Below are positions 1 to 12,469 of a stretch of DNA of 64,000 bases, piece after piece. The DNA comes from Macrostomum hystrix (taxonomy: Eukaryota > Animalia > Platyhelminthes). Location of the stretch: NCBI GenBank assembly GCA_950097015.1, contig CATNEN010000003.1, positions 14,818,001-14,882,000 of the forward strand, written 5' to 3'. Numbering within the stretch: position 1 is the first letter of the stretch; every line of letters begins with the position of its first letter. Under the pieces are notes generated by a model. It had not been told where the DNA came from. It saw nothing but the letters and a program-made list of their open reading frames with translations, and searched no databases. A program made the position numbers and the translations under genes.

Positions 1-445
1 TTTGACCTTTTGAAAGTTTTGACTAGGAAAGTTAGACATTAGGAATGTTTGACCTTGGGAAAGTTTGCCTTTAAGGAAGTTTAAAATCCGAGGAGTTTGA
101 CCTTGGGACAGATTGCCCTGAAGAAAGATTGCCCTTGAGAAAGATTGAGCTTGGGAACGATTGACCTTGGGAAAGATTGACCTTGGGAAAGATTGACCTT
201 TTGAAAGTTTTGACTAGGAAAGTTAGACATTAGGAATGTTTGACCTTGGGAAAGTTTGCCTTTAAGGAAGTTTAAAATCCGAGGAGTTTGACCTTGGGAC
301 AGATTGCCCTGAAGAAAGATTGCCCTTGAGAAAGATTGAGCTTGGGAAAGATTGACCTTGGGAAAGATTGACCTTGGTAAAGTTTGACCTTGGGACAGAT
401 TGACCTTGGGAAAGATTGACCTTGGGAAAGATTGAGCTTGGGACA
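1..445. repeat. 16-bp minisatellite (TTGACCTTGGGAAAGA) with a ~191-bp higher-order duplication
   Basis: Repeating unit visible. The variant block TTGACCTTTTGAAAG...AAAATCCGAGGAG recurs at 2 and 193. Confidence 0.95.
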
Positions 446-1112
446 AAAAATGGAGTTAGGAAAATTTCGGTCGATTCAAGTGCTTAATAGCTATTTGTTT
501 TTATGGTTAATTTTCGGAAATCAAAGCTTCGAGCCAATGAACTTTAACTCTAATAGATATTCTCTGATTAGAGATACGAGGTTTGTTATAATTTTCGTCG
601 GAATTTAAATTGGCTATAGTAATTTAGCTTAAAGTACGTCTGAGAGACTATTTAATTATTTAGGGGCCGGGACTTTGAATGCTACAGAACTCAGCTTCTT
701 TATACATTGTATAAAATAATTTTTTATCTCCCAAAGGCTAAAACATCAAAGACCACCGCCCTCTTATGCTACTCTGTATTTATAAAAAACCAGTTTCTTA
801 GAAAACGTTTTGCAACTTCCTTAGGAAACTGAGTTTTCTAAGTATTATAAACACATGATTGATTGATTGCAGATTTTCGCAAGGCATATAGTTAGTTAGA
901 CACTGGTGTTGTAGAATGTACTTTTGCGAAGGACTATACCTTTTTCTACGAAATTACAGATTTCGCTTGAGATTATGAAATCGATTAGCTAAGAAGTTTA
1001 ATAAATAATTATTAAAGTATAAGTAGTTAAAAGTGATTATTGGCTTTTTTAAAGTAGGCAATAATCTAAACTAAATATACGATTTGTCATGTGCATAATT
1101 GATAATTAGTAA

Positions 1113-1369
1113 TTAATAATAATAATAATAATAATTGATTACACCTGCCCCAATTGGGCCACATGTGCAGCCGACAGCACAGCCGCAGCTGTTGCGCGGC
1201 GCATCTGAAGGCTGCGTACGGCTGTTCAGTCCATAGACTGGGGGGACGCCATACCCACCCTTAATTATCCCAGCTAATGCTGGACACAAATTGTTTCAGT
1301 GGAGTCGAGGATTCGAACCCCCGACCTTCAATTCGTGAGTCCTGAACCCTAACCACTAGACTACAACCT
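1113..1369 (-). mobile_element. tRNA-derived SINE family 1 copy, CORE segment deleted
   Basis: Reverse complement reads GGTTGTAGTCTAGTGG (A box)...GGTTCGAATCC (B box), then a body shared with the copies at 17017, 48551 and 52600, then a (TTA)n tail. Confidence 0.9.
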
Positions 1370-2029
1370 CTTAGAAAAGATAGAACAGACAGTTAGATGT
1401 GCATAGTCTAATTCATTCTAATGCATTGTCTGAAGTTGTTGAAGTTGTTATTTATCCCATCCAATATGGGATAAATTATCCCATCTCTATCCGTGCTAGC
1501 TCAAAGCCAATGTCTCTCTGTCTGTTTGTCTGTCGCTTTACTTTTCAAATCCCAACGACCAAAGACCCAGTGCACAGGGGAGAAAGACAGAAAAGCAGAT
1601 AAGACCAGAAGGCAACAATGGGTAGAGAAAGTGGGAAAACGGGTGCAAGAGAGTTACGAGCGCATTATCGATTTTTTGTAGCCCGCCACCTCAATGTCTT
1701 CACAATTCTTTCCCTTTCAACTCAAGCACAGACCTCCAGGCCCGCCATACCCCCGGCTGTCAGTCTTGAGTCTAGACTCGGTCAGTATTAGCCCCTGGGT
1801 AAGGAATGCTATATACGCGCTCGTAGAACTATTTGGGACAAAACAGTGTGCAAAATAGTTTTTTATCAATAGTACATAGCCAATGCTCCCTAAGGGCGTA
1901 CTGTCTAGCCAGAGACAACATCTGAGTATCGGTCCCTTGTGCTCAAATTCTAGTCTAGATTAAATAAATATTAGCCTCATTTAGTGCTTCCTCCAGGCCT
2001 AATTTAATTACTTCTGGCTGCATTTAGGC

Positions 2030-2945
2030 ACAACTTCTTCAGGCCTCATTCAGGCACTCCTTCAGGCCTCATTCCGCCACTTCTTCAGGCCTCATTCAGG
2101 CACTCCTTCAGGCCTCATTCAATCACTTCTTCAGACCTCATTCAGTCACTTCTTCAGACCTCATTCAGTCACTTCTTCAGACCTCATTCAGTCACTTCTT
2201 CAGACCTCATTCAGTCACTTCTTCAGACCTTATTCAGTCACTTCCTTAGACCTTATTCAGTCACTTCCTTTGACCTTATTCAGTCACTTCTTCAGACCTT
2301 ATTGTCACTTCCTTAGACCTTATTCAGTCACTTCTTCAGACCTTATTCAGTCACTTCTTCAGACCTTATTCAGTCACTTCTTCAGACCTTATTCAGTCAC
2401 TTCTTCAGGCCTCATTCAGTCACTTCTTCAGACCTTATTCAGTCACTTCTTCAGACCTTATTCAGTCACTTCTTCAGGCCTCATTCAGTCACTTCTTCAG
2501 ACTTTATTCAGTCACTCCTTCAGGCCTCATTCAGTCACTTCTTCAGGCCTCATTCAGTCACTTCTTCAGACCTTTTTCAGTCACTCCTTCAGGCCTCATT
2601 CAGTCACTTCTTCAGGCCTCATTCAGTCACTTCTTCAGGCCTTAATAAATCACTTTTTCAGGCCTCATTCAGTCACTTCTTCAGACCTCATTCAGTCACT
2701 CCTACTGGCCTTAATAAATCACTTTTTCAGGCCTCATTCAGTCACTTCTTCAGACCTCATTCAGTCACTCCTACTGGCCTTAATAAATCACTTTTTCAGG
2801 CTTCATTCTGTCACTTCTTCAGGCCTTAATAAATCACTTTTTCAGGCCTTATTCCGTCACTTCTTCAGGCCTTTATAAATCACTTTTTCAGGCCTCATTC
2901 AGTCACTTCTTCAGGCCTCATTCAGTCACTTCTTCAGGCCTTATT
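2030..2945. repeat. 23-bp minisatellite (CAGACCTTATTCAGTCACTTCTT)
   Basis: About 40 tandem units. Confidence 0.95.
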
Positions 2946-3894
2946 TAGTATTGCTAATGCCCCCCATTATCCTTAGCAAATATATGCCAATTCAGGCATA
3001 TATGCTCCTAGTATACATATTCCAGGAAGGAAATGCCTATTCGATTGCATGATTGTCATATGATCAAACCTTACTCCACTCCATGCCTCTATGCCTAATG
3101 CTCTTTGATTTTTATCATTTCGTCCGCTCAGTTTTTGCCTATCTAACCCAGATCATCTTGGACAGCTGCTATACTAGCGTTTACTGTAGCGAGTGAAATA
3201 TGAGAATTGCGAACAGGATTTCCGTTTCATCAATCCCATACACATCAACCATACAGCAGCAGAACTATAATATGGGATATTATAAGAACCGCGGCTGTAG
3301 AATGCCAAATTTTCCAATTCCATCTATCCCCACCCTAACTATCTATATAGAATGGGAGCACTCACAGATTTCCGTCTGCTCATTTTGTTACACTGAGCCA
3401 GACAAGCAGACAAACTGGTCCTCATACTAGTTGTAAGCCTTAAACCATATGCGCACACATGTGTGTGCATTTTCAGCAGCCTCACTACGTCAGCCTCTAT
3501 CCCCGTACGTCCCATCCCAATCCGCAATTCCTCTGAAAAAAAACACAGACAAAAACTGAGTGACAGGCTTTAGCGACGCGCTTGTCAACTACAGAGTGTA
3601 CTAAATAAGTATATTGTCACAGCCTAAATTGTCTCACACAATTCTGACACTTTAGTGTTAAAATTGACACTTGAAAATTGAAACAAACGTTTCTTGAATT
3701 AAATAAAAAACATTTATCTGTTTCTGCAGACCGGAGAGACAGAAGAATAGAATCTACTATTAGTAGGCTGTGTCGCAAAAAGGTTAAAAAATGATATAAT
3801 TTTGCCTTGTTTTTAGGCACTCGACTATTTATTGCTAAAAAAGATTGTAATGTACTAAAAAGCAAATATAGCACATAAATGCCCTATACTTGTA

Positions 3895-4118
3895 AGACCT
3901 TCAGAAAGTTTGACCTTAGGAAAGATTGACATTGGGAAAGATTGACATTGGGAAAGATTGATCTTGGGAAAGATTGACATTGGGAAAGATTGACCTTGGG
4001 AAAGATTGACCTTGGGAAAGATTGACCTTAGGAAAAATTGATCTTGGGAAAGATTGACCTTAGGAAAGATTGACCTTGGGAAAGATTGACCTTGGGAAAG
4101 ATTGACCTTGGGAAAGAT
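3895..4118. repeat. 16-bp minisatellite, same unit as 1-445
   Basis: TTGACCTTGGGAAAGA tandem units ending ~36 bp before the Lgl exon acceptor. Confidence 0.95.
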
Positions 4119-4154
4119 TCTCGATACAGAGACTAATATTCACTATTTCCACAG

Positions 4155-5487
4155 CCTGTCGGACGAACTGAAGTCTTCTGTGACCACTTGGGGCCCGGTG
4201 GTGGCCATCGAATTGGAGCCGTCAACAACCTCCGTCCAGCAGGCTTCAACAAACGGAGATTCCGTCGCCGAAGATGCCACGCATCAGCAGGAAGTCAAGG
4301 AGCCGCTTGTCGCTGTTGGATTTCGCGGCGGCGCAGTCGCCCTTGTCGGCTCGTCGGACGCCAAGCCGAAATGCCTGGCCCCGACTTCGACGTCAGCTTC
4401 GACAGACGCAGCCGAGCTCAGCTGCCTGACCTGGCGCCCTGCTGAAGCATCGAGCGAGAAGAAGCCGACTCTGCTCACCGGCTTCAGCGACGGCGCCTAC
4501 TCTGAGTGGCAGATTCCCGGCGAGCTCAAGGAAGAACCGGTTGCTGCCATCCAGCTAGGCGATCGCCAGACTGTCTATGGCCCGTTCCCCTGCCAGCCGA
4601 TTTCGTTGCTGGCCGCTTCCGCGGCAGGCGCCGTGGCCTTCGCTGGCGGGCTGGCTAAGAACACCCACTCGGAGACGCACTCGGTCACTCTGATTGCTGG
4701 CGGACAGCAGGCCTGCTACGAGTTGTCAGCTGAACCAGTTGGACTGGTCATGCCGCAGCCGGATTGTCTGCTAGCCATCAGTCAGACCCGATTGCTGGCT
4801 ATTGACATCGCCGACGCCAAGTGGCGCCCGATTCGCGCGCCCTATTTACGAAGCCTGGCCGCGGCCGACAGTCAGGTCACGGTGGCTCGAGTGTTCGGCC
4901 CATTGTCCGAACTGCCCGAAGCTGCAAGATCGGCTCTGGAGTCGGCGGCTAATGCTTCGAAGGCCGATTCAACGGATAGATTCAGCGGTCGCGATTGGCC
5001 AGTCACAGGCGGTCGTTTGTTCGGCTCCGGAGCCGAAGACAATAGCGCCGATTTGAACTCCGGACGCTACCTGCTAGTTACTGGCCACTCGGACGGCGGC
5101 GTCGCCTTCTGGATGCTGGACGGATGTCGCGGACTAGGCACCCCATTCGGCAGGCTGGACACAGCTAGTCTGTTCATCGCCAATCACGGCAACGGAGTTG
5201 AGACGGCCGACAGTGGGGACGCATTTCCAAAACTGTTGCGCAATGTTGGCGTGGATTTCCCGCCGCCGCCGCCGCTAGATCCTCGTCTGGCAGTGTTCGA
5301 CATTCAACTAGTCGGCGAGGACCTACTGGTGACTGGCGCCGGCGGACAGGCCATTGCCTGGTCGCCGTCAGCGGAACCGGACCCGGTAGATGTCCGGGTG
5401 GACATGCGCACCGTTAAAGCCGACTTTCTGGCCGAGGGTAGCGCCGCGGCTGATGCCTACGAATGGACTGGGCCCGAGCCGCTGCAG
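4155..5487 (+). CDS. lgl: Lethal giant larvae (Lgl/LLGL) internal exon, WD40/LLGL region; N-terminal exons lie upstream and were not identified
   Basis: ccacag| acceptor and |gtgagt donor. Motifs YGPFPCQPI, WPVTGG, LLVTGHSDG, DPRLAV are typical of Lgl. Confidence 0.88.
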
Positions 5488-5502
5488 GTGAGTTCAGGGG
5501 CA

Positions 5503-5688
5503 AACAGTCCATGGACTGTGGGGGGGACGGCGCGCCCCACCTCAGTTAGCCCAGATAATGCTAGTACCCATTTAACAGCTGCGTGAACACTGTTGCTAAA
5601 TAGCACAAATTGTTCCGCTGGAGTTGAGAATCGAACTCCCGGACCTTTAAGTCGCGAGTCTGACGCTATAACCACTAGACTACAACCC
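5503..5688 (-). mobile_element. SINE family 1 copy lacking its 3' end, in an Lgl intron
   Basis: CAGTCCATGGACTG palindrome, partial CORE, and tRNA-like head ending ACCACTAGACTACAACC. Confidence 0.85.
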
Positions 5689-6000
5689 TATAGTGGTTAA
5701 ACAAACCCCAAGACGCCATTAAATGTAGGATTTTTCGGGTTTTTAGAATCGAGGGTTGCATAACGGTTTCAAGGAAGATAAACTTTGTGAAATTTACGTA
5801 AGTCTTCAAGTCTAGGGTTTAAGGTTTTATAGCGCGTAGCAGGCCCCACCACCCCAGCCCCTGACAGCCAATCAGTGAGCGGGAACGGGGATAGAGGGAC
5901 AAAAAACTCTAGCCAATCGGCTCACTGCCCAAAGGTTCACTAGAATGGCGGGAGATCTTGGCGCAAGAAAGAAATGACGCAATTATTTCCACTATCGCAG

Positions 6001-7011
6001 ATTCGCCCACCGGAGGCGGCAGTCCAATTCGGCGCCCCGTTCCGTCCCAGCTTCGTGGCTCTTGTTAGCCCCCCGGCGCCGCTGTCGTCGGCCACCTACA
6101 GCCAGCGCTGCGGTCTGCTGGCCATTGGCAGTCCGTTTGGCGTGGCCCTGTTCGACACCGTAGCTCTGCGTTTAGTTAAGGCCCATTCAACTCTCCCAGT
6201 GACAGCTGTAGATCATGACGCGGCTGCAGCGACAGCAAACGGCGATTCGGCTAGCAGCGGCGGCATCGGCAGCAGCCTGCGGCAGAGTTTCCGCATGCTG
6301 AAGAAGCTCCGGCCAGGTCGCAAGCAGGAGTACGCCGTCAACGCCGAGAAGAAGCCGGAGAAAAAGGCAGCAGTCGATAAGAAGGAGGAACAGCCAAGTG
6401 AGGAGAAACCACCGCTTGAAGAAGACGCCGCGGAGACAGCGAAGAAGACTGAAGCTGCTGATGAACCAGCTGTAGCAGCTGCCGCCCCTGAAGCTGCTGA
6501 AGCCGCCGCTCCGGCTGAACCAGAAGCCGCCGCCGCCGCCGAAGCTATTGTCGAAGCAGCCACTGTTTCGGCGCCACCGCAAGCTGAGAAGCGCAAGCTG
6601 AACCCGCTCGATCCGCGACCTCGCGGCCAGATCGGCGCACTGCTCCTCGCTGAGACGCATCTAGTTAGCCCTGCGGCTCGCGTTGTGTCCCTCTGGGCTG
6701 GCGACGCTTCCGGCCGCATTCTGGCCTTCCAACTGACACGCCCGGCCGCCGCGGCTCCGAAACCTGAAGCTGGCGCCGACGCCTCCGCCGCCAAGGCTGA
6801 TGAGGAGAAGGAGTCGGGCGACACGGCAGCCGAGAAGCCGGCTAGCCCAGCCGAGGGAGACTGGCAGGCCCAGCTGGTGAAGGAGTTGCACCTGAAGCAC
6901 GGAGCGCCGGTGTCGGCTCTGTACGCCCTGTCAGCGCGCAATCATTCGCTTGTCAATGCGGAAGCCGCTACGGATGGACCGCACGAGCTTCTGGTAGCCT
7001 CCGAGGAGCAG
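6001..7011 (+). CDS. lgl: Lgl exon with the aPKC phospho-site region and Ala/Glu/Pro-rich insertions
   Basis: cgcag| acceptor and |gtgaaa donor, phase 0/0. SLRQSFR, LKHGAPV, LLVASEEQ. Confidence 0.88.
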
Positions 7012-7265
7012 GTGAAAACATTAAGCTTACTATACTACTCTTATCCGCAGCTCAACTAAGTAGTTTAGTTTGCACAGGAAAATATTTTACGGATGATAAA
7101 ATTAGCTATCTCATCACTGTCCCATTTTTACCGTCGCGTCTCTCCCATGTCTCATCTTTCCCCTTTCTCCTCTCTCCGTGTCTATCTCTCCGCTTTCTCG
7201 TGTCATCTCTTACATCGTATTTCTGGTGTTTCTGTTAATTCTACTTTATTCATACTAATTAAAAG

Positions 7266-7852
7266 GTGAAACTGTTCAGCCTACCGGGCTTAAAGCCGCG
7301 AGTGAAGGCTCGCCTAACCGGTCGCCTGCTGGCCAGCGGCCACGCCGCGTTTCCGTCGTCAAGCCGTGCGAACTCGAGCGAGCTCGGACTAGTGGCATGT
7401 CTAGACAATGGCACCCTGCTGGTGCTCGGCTTTCCTGGGCTCAAAGCTCACGCTTGGCAAGAGCACGCCCTGCCGCAGCCCTCCGGTGACGTTGCAGTCT
7501 GCTGCCAAGCCGGCAGCTGTCCCGTAGTCCTCGCTGTGGAAGCTGGCGGCCAGCTCGGCAGTGTTCACCGCCTGTCAGCTGCTAATCTGGGCCTGGCCTT
7601 CCAGCGTAACGCCGGCCTCGACCTGCCGGAGGGCGCGCGCAAGAAGGCCGAGGAGGAGCCAGCGCTGACTACCGCCGCTGCCGAAACCGCCGCTGTGGTA
7701 GAAGAACCTCCTGCTGCTAACGCCGCCGTTACGAACGGCGAAGAGAAGATCGCAGACAAAGCCAAGGGGGACGAGAAAGACGACGAGGATCAGTCAGCCA
7801 AGCCTGTTGCGGCTGATATCACAATGGATGACATCAAAGAATACGCAACTGG
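7266..7852 (+). CDS. lgl: Lgl C-terminal exon
   Basis: Continues EEQ|VKLFSLP. DITMDDIKEY resembles the LLGL1 C-terminal DVTVEDVKDF motif. Donor GG|gtgagg. Confidence 0.85.
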
Positions 7853-7949
7853 GTGAGGGCCAAGGTCGCGTTGAGAACTATATCAATACCTCCAGTGTTC
7901 TCTTGAAGCGCCATTATTTGACCTGCTGTCGAATCTCATTAAATTTCAG

Positions 7950-8091
7950 CACCGCTCCCGGCGTAATTGCGTCGGAGCCAATTCCTGAGTTAGCCGGCGA
8001 AGACAAACGCGACTCCGCACTGTCCGACGTCGGGGAAGCTGCCAAGGAGGACTTAGCGAAGGTGACTCCAGCGGCCGAGGTCAATTGGTGA
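7950..8091 (+). CDS. lgl: Probable Lgl terminal exon; alternatively spliced from GAG|gtcaat at 8079 to a KAATTN-stop exon at 8196-8216
   Basis: tttcag| acceptor in matching phase 2, with the same Ala/Glu composition. The 3' end is ambiguous. Confidence 0.6.
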
Positions 8092-8531
8092 GCTAAACAG
8101 CTGGCTTCCGGTGTATCAAAATCGATATTAAAAAATGGGTGAAAATGCTTATTATTTTCATACCTCATATTTCGCATTCACGTTCATATTTCCAGAAAGC
8201 AGCGACAACAAATTGAAGAAAAACGGATGCATCAGGATAAAACGAATTTCTGCAGAGTTTTTTTTTACTTTTTAGAACACCATTTCTATAGAAATGATGC
8301 TTCTCAGACATTTTCAAGATTTTTTGTGTCTCAAAAGCGGCGAATTAAGCGTATTAAAACATATAAAAAATAACAAACTAAAAAAGTAAGGAAAATATTT
8401 CTGTAAACAAAGCACAAAAAATGTCGTTATAGTGCAATAGGTTTAAAGTTAGTTACTTTATTTTATAAAGACGCGTGTCTTTTGCATCCAAAAACGATAG
8501 ATTAAAACAAAAAAATCATTTTGACAAAAAA

Positions 8532-8673
8532 CAGTGGCGTAGCTAGGAATTTTCGATGGTGGGGATAAATAGACTGTTTTTAATGGTAATTTTACTCCCC
8601 CTTTCAACTCTCCCACAATTTTTCTGCCGCTTAGGGGGATATATCCCCGTATCCCCCTAGCTACGCTATACTG
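8532..8673. mobile_element. hAT-like MITE
   Basis: TIRs CAGTGGCGTAGCTAG / CTAGCTACGCTATACTG. Flanks ACAAAAAA and ACTAAAAA give a 7/8 match to an 8-bp TSD. Confidence 0.75.
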
Positions 8674-10221
8674 ACTAAAAACATCGCAATTTGTTTTAAC
8701 ACTTAAAGGCTTATGCTTTTCGCAGCAATTCCGTAAATTTAACGTCAAATGAAGCTTTACTCAAAGCTTTAAACTTGTGTTAAAAGTGCGGCTTATGAAT
8801 CCAACCCAGATCGTTATATTTTGTTTGTATCGTCTAATCAGTTAAATTTACTGATTTATTTATAAATGTTTAATTTACTAAAACAATTACAATAGTATTG
8901 AAAAGCATGCAAAAAACTTAAAAATATTCAGAACTTAAATATCCAGCTTTAATTTATACCCATTTCGCATTGCTTTATCGAATCAAATATTCGCAAATTT
9001 ATCTGATTTAAACTCAGATAATTTAGCAGAATTTTTGTTAGTTGATAAACTGCCTTTTAGCAATTTTTGCTTATTATTGGATTTTATATGCTTAATTTGC
9101 TTCCCTGTAATATTTTAAAGCTTTGCCACACAAAACTTCATATTTATTGTGCACTTTTTCTACACGCGTTTTAATATTTAGGCAGTGGATTAAATTTAAT
9201 AGCCACGCTTTTTGCATCTAGGTATAAACTATATTATTTACCTACGCTAACGCTTTGGCCAACAACCTTGTTACAGTTGCTATCTATTTGTCTGCTTATA
9301 AGCTAGTTGTTTCCAAGCCTGTACACAGGCATTTGCAACTTAGTTTAAAAAACAAGTGCCGCAATGTTTTACTTTGATTCAAATGTTTTACTAAATAATT
9401 TACAAAGTTCCAACTCGTAAATTATCGATAGGAGCCAATCTAGCCTCTTAAACTATATTATCTAATCCAATTTTTTGTTTTAAAAATGTGTTTTTATGAC
9501 GGTTTTCTACATTTTGATGTTTATTTTAAGTCGTGTCCCCGGTATTTTTACTCCAGTTTTCACTAATTTATTGTCGATTATTCGTCCAAACATTAGCTAA
9601 TTGCTTTGTTATCGTTTTTAATTTCCGGCTTTAACTCGCGCCCGTTTATTCACACACCCAAAAACATTCACTTAAAAGTTCTGATCAAACTGCTTAGGTA
9701 TGCTTTTTATTCAGCATGAAATGTTTTATACATTGCCGCTTTAAAAACATTGAGATCTTGAAAAGTGGTATACGTCGTATAATCGACTTAAGCTACGAGT
9801 ACATAAACATGTTTATCATAGTGATTTTTTTAAACCTTTAACGGAGCTTTACAGTTTACGAGCTGTTGTTTTTTAATATTATTACAGTAAGTAATTTCCC
9901 TTAGGCTCACAGAAAATTGCTTCCGATGCTTAAATCTTGCTTTATTGTGAATCTAAAATATAGGTCCTGAAAACCGTGATAGTAAAAATGTTGAACATCC
10001 GTATAGATACCAATAAAAATTATGCGATCAGTCGGGGTTTTCTAGGTAAAGCCACAGCTTTTGAAGTCAAGAAAAAATCTAAAAAAGATGTGCTTCGCTT
10101 CATTAAAAACGCTTTTAAATCCCCGGTCTTTAAAAGACGTTTCATTTTCTTTCTAGAGAGATGGCAATACGAGAACGATTTTCTGAACAGCATAATAAAT
10201 TGGATAATCATAAAATCAATG

Positions 10222-10510
10222 TAAGAGGGGTGCTCTGAAAGTTAACAAAGTGAAACTAGTTACAAAGAGTACTCTCCAGCAACTTGTATGCACCGATTGA
10301 TCCTCTGAAATCAGTTGGCGAAGCATTGCATGGGACCATTCACTTTGTCCTATGGTTGCCACGGCATCGAGGTACGCTTAAACAGCCTCCTCACTGGATG
10401 AAAATCGACGCCCCTTCAGCTGACTCTCGGCCACATAGCCCGAGAGGCTGAAGAATGCTGCGACCATCTTCTTTCCTGAACTCCTCCTGGAGGGGCATCC
10501 TTTATCCTTC
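10222..10510 (-). mobile_element. Internally deleted Tc1/mariner relic
   Basis: Minus strand encodes SSGKKMVAAFFSLSGYVA joined to SQLKGRRFSSEEAV...CIQVAGEY (mariner C-terminus). Mariner-like TIR TAAGAGGGGTGCTCTGAAAGT at 10222. Confidence 0.8.
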
Positions 10511-10650
10511 AAAAACTGTTGTCCGCGATGGTGCAGTCTTGAAAACAGCTATGAAGCCGATTTAGTGATTCTTAGGGTGATAAACCCATTTTGTAGTCAT
10601 AATAAATCATGACTCTAAAATGCTCGCGAGAGAGTTCCATGGCTGCTGAG

Positions 10651-11003
10651 TGTTGTAGTTAGCCTACGCGTGTTGAAACGAGGTTGAAACTAACGGCAGC
10701 CCGCCCTCTGCTGTTGTCTATGGTCGAACGGAATTCGACCATAGACAAATGAAAAACGCGTTTTACGGACCGCCCGCTGTGCATATTATGGAATTCGACC
10801 ATAGACAACAGCAGAGGGATTTTTTATGCCAATTAATGTAATATCTAAAACTTTATACAAGCTATCTTGTAGTTAGCCTACGCGTGTTGAAACGAGTTTG
10901 AAACTAACGGCAGCCCGCCCTCTGCTGTTGTCTATGGTCGAATTCCATAGATACGCACTGCGGGAGGGCCGTGAAACGCGTTTCACGCCCGCTAACTACA
11001 ACA
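10651..11003. repeat. Nested direct/inverted repeat (foldback) element
   Basis: 76-bp direct repeat (10653-10728 / 10867-10942), perfect 15-bp hairpin at 10714-10748, and 13-bp terminal inverted repeat TGTTGTAGTTAGC/GCTAACTACAACA. Confidence 0.85.
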
Positions 11004-12183
11004 CCGATATGGATAGGCTGCTCGGGCTGAAACGAGGTGAAACGCCTCGGCGCTACGCAAATTTATTTCTTATAAACTTTCTGCCTCGAATCTAATAAAT
11101 TAAAGCAATTAAAATACCAAATACAGATATGGATGTGTTGATTATATATATTTTTTAGTGAATTTATTAAATAGGAAGGCATTTTGTTGACTCGCTTTAA
11201 TTAGCAATTCACGAGTGCAATCTCTAATCTAGTAATGTAAGTTTGTCTAAGTGACAGAGCGAAAAGCAGAACTGAAACAATTTTGGGGTTAGGAAAAAGC
11301 GAGAATTAGCAATTAAAACTTAAATATATAAATAGTTATTATTTATTATTTTTGGTTGTGAAAAGAAGACAGTTGAACAAAAATCATTAGTACAAAACAG
11401 GTATTTTTATGGCGAAGCGTTGAATAACTAACTTATCCTGAAATGTTCGCTGATTAAAAAAACAGAAAGAGAGAAAAATGAATTAACTATTAGGAACGAT
11501 TGAGAATACACTCAAACTCATACCGGGTAGCACCATGGTTGACAGTTCAGGGGAAAAACACGCACACACACACAATGAGACTGGATCGACAACTGCAGGG
11601 TGAGTCAGGAGTGTAATTGAAACAAAATATTAATAAATAACAAAGCGCAAAAACGGATCGCTAGTGGAATTACTGAACGAATGTTTCGGGTGCCTTACGT
11701 CCTTCACTATTACTAGTAGTAGTAGTAGATAGAAAATAGCAGGAAAAACATCCAGCAACAAGCTGAAAAATAACCAAAGCCATTTCTAGCTGGCAAATTT
11801 TATAGAATTAAAAAATACTTACCACAATATTGGAAAATGTAAAACTAGAAGAAAAATAATAGGAATTAATTGGATATGTTCTCACCATTCTTTAATAAAT
11901 ATACTAATAAAAAAACAGAAATTTGTGAAAAAAGCACGAGTCTAATCAATATATAGATGCATATTTATATTGGTTTATAAGGCCGAACAATGAAAAATTA
12001 TAGTGCACGCATAAGTGTGTGAAGCAAGGCTCGATTAAATAGTGTGCTTGGTTTTTTTAAAACTGGCGTTGAACACTTCACTCATTGTCACTAAGGGCAC
12101 ACAGACACGCACGCACACAGACAGCCGTTGAGTAATTAGATTTGTTTTAGCCAAATGGATGTTAAGAGAAACAATACTAAGTT

Positions 12184-12346
12184 TTAATCGGCGTTGCCTT
12201 CATCAACGCCGCGACCGCCATCGTCGCCTGAAGCCGCCGGCTGGTCAGCGGTTGAGGACAGGTCGTCCTGACCGTAGTCTGAATAATCGGCCGCTCCAGG
12301 GGCTAGATCACGGTGGCGCCTTGATCTGCCGGCGCCAACTCGGTCG
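12184..12346 (-). CDS. zip: Non-muscle myosin II heavy chain exon 17 (non-helical tailpiece and stop)
   Basis: aaacag| acceptor in phase 2. Reads DRVGAGRSRR...DEGNAD-stop. The 17 core exons total 6048 nt, i.e. 2015 aa. Confidence 0.8.
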
Positions 12347-12469
12347 CTGTTTAAATGAGTAAGCGGCAGCCTTTGATGTTCATTCTAATGCAAATGAGGC
12401 ATCAATAAATTGAGATTTTGACAAGCACCGGATAGTTAACAGGTTCCGAAAATCTGACACCTTTAACTA

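Noticed and set aside
1290-1369. tRNA gene
   Set aside because: It is a tRNA-like SINE head with degenerate stems and variable anticodon loops among copies, always joined to the SINE body.
1682-1798. Possible upstream Lgl exon (AG...GT bounded)
   Set aside because: No phase-compatible, stop-free frame with Lgl-like sequence.
4102-4154. N-terminus of the 494-aa ORF as the Lgl start
   Set aside because: It begins at a TTG inside the 16-bp satellite. The real exon starts after the acceptor at 4154.
6187-6941. Antisense ORFs over Lgl and myosin exons
   Set aside because: Shadow frames of GC-rich coding sequence, with no independent motifs.
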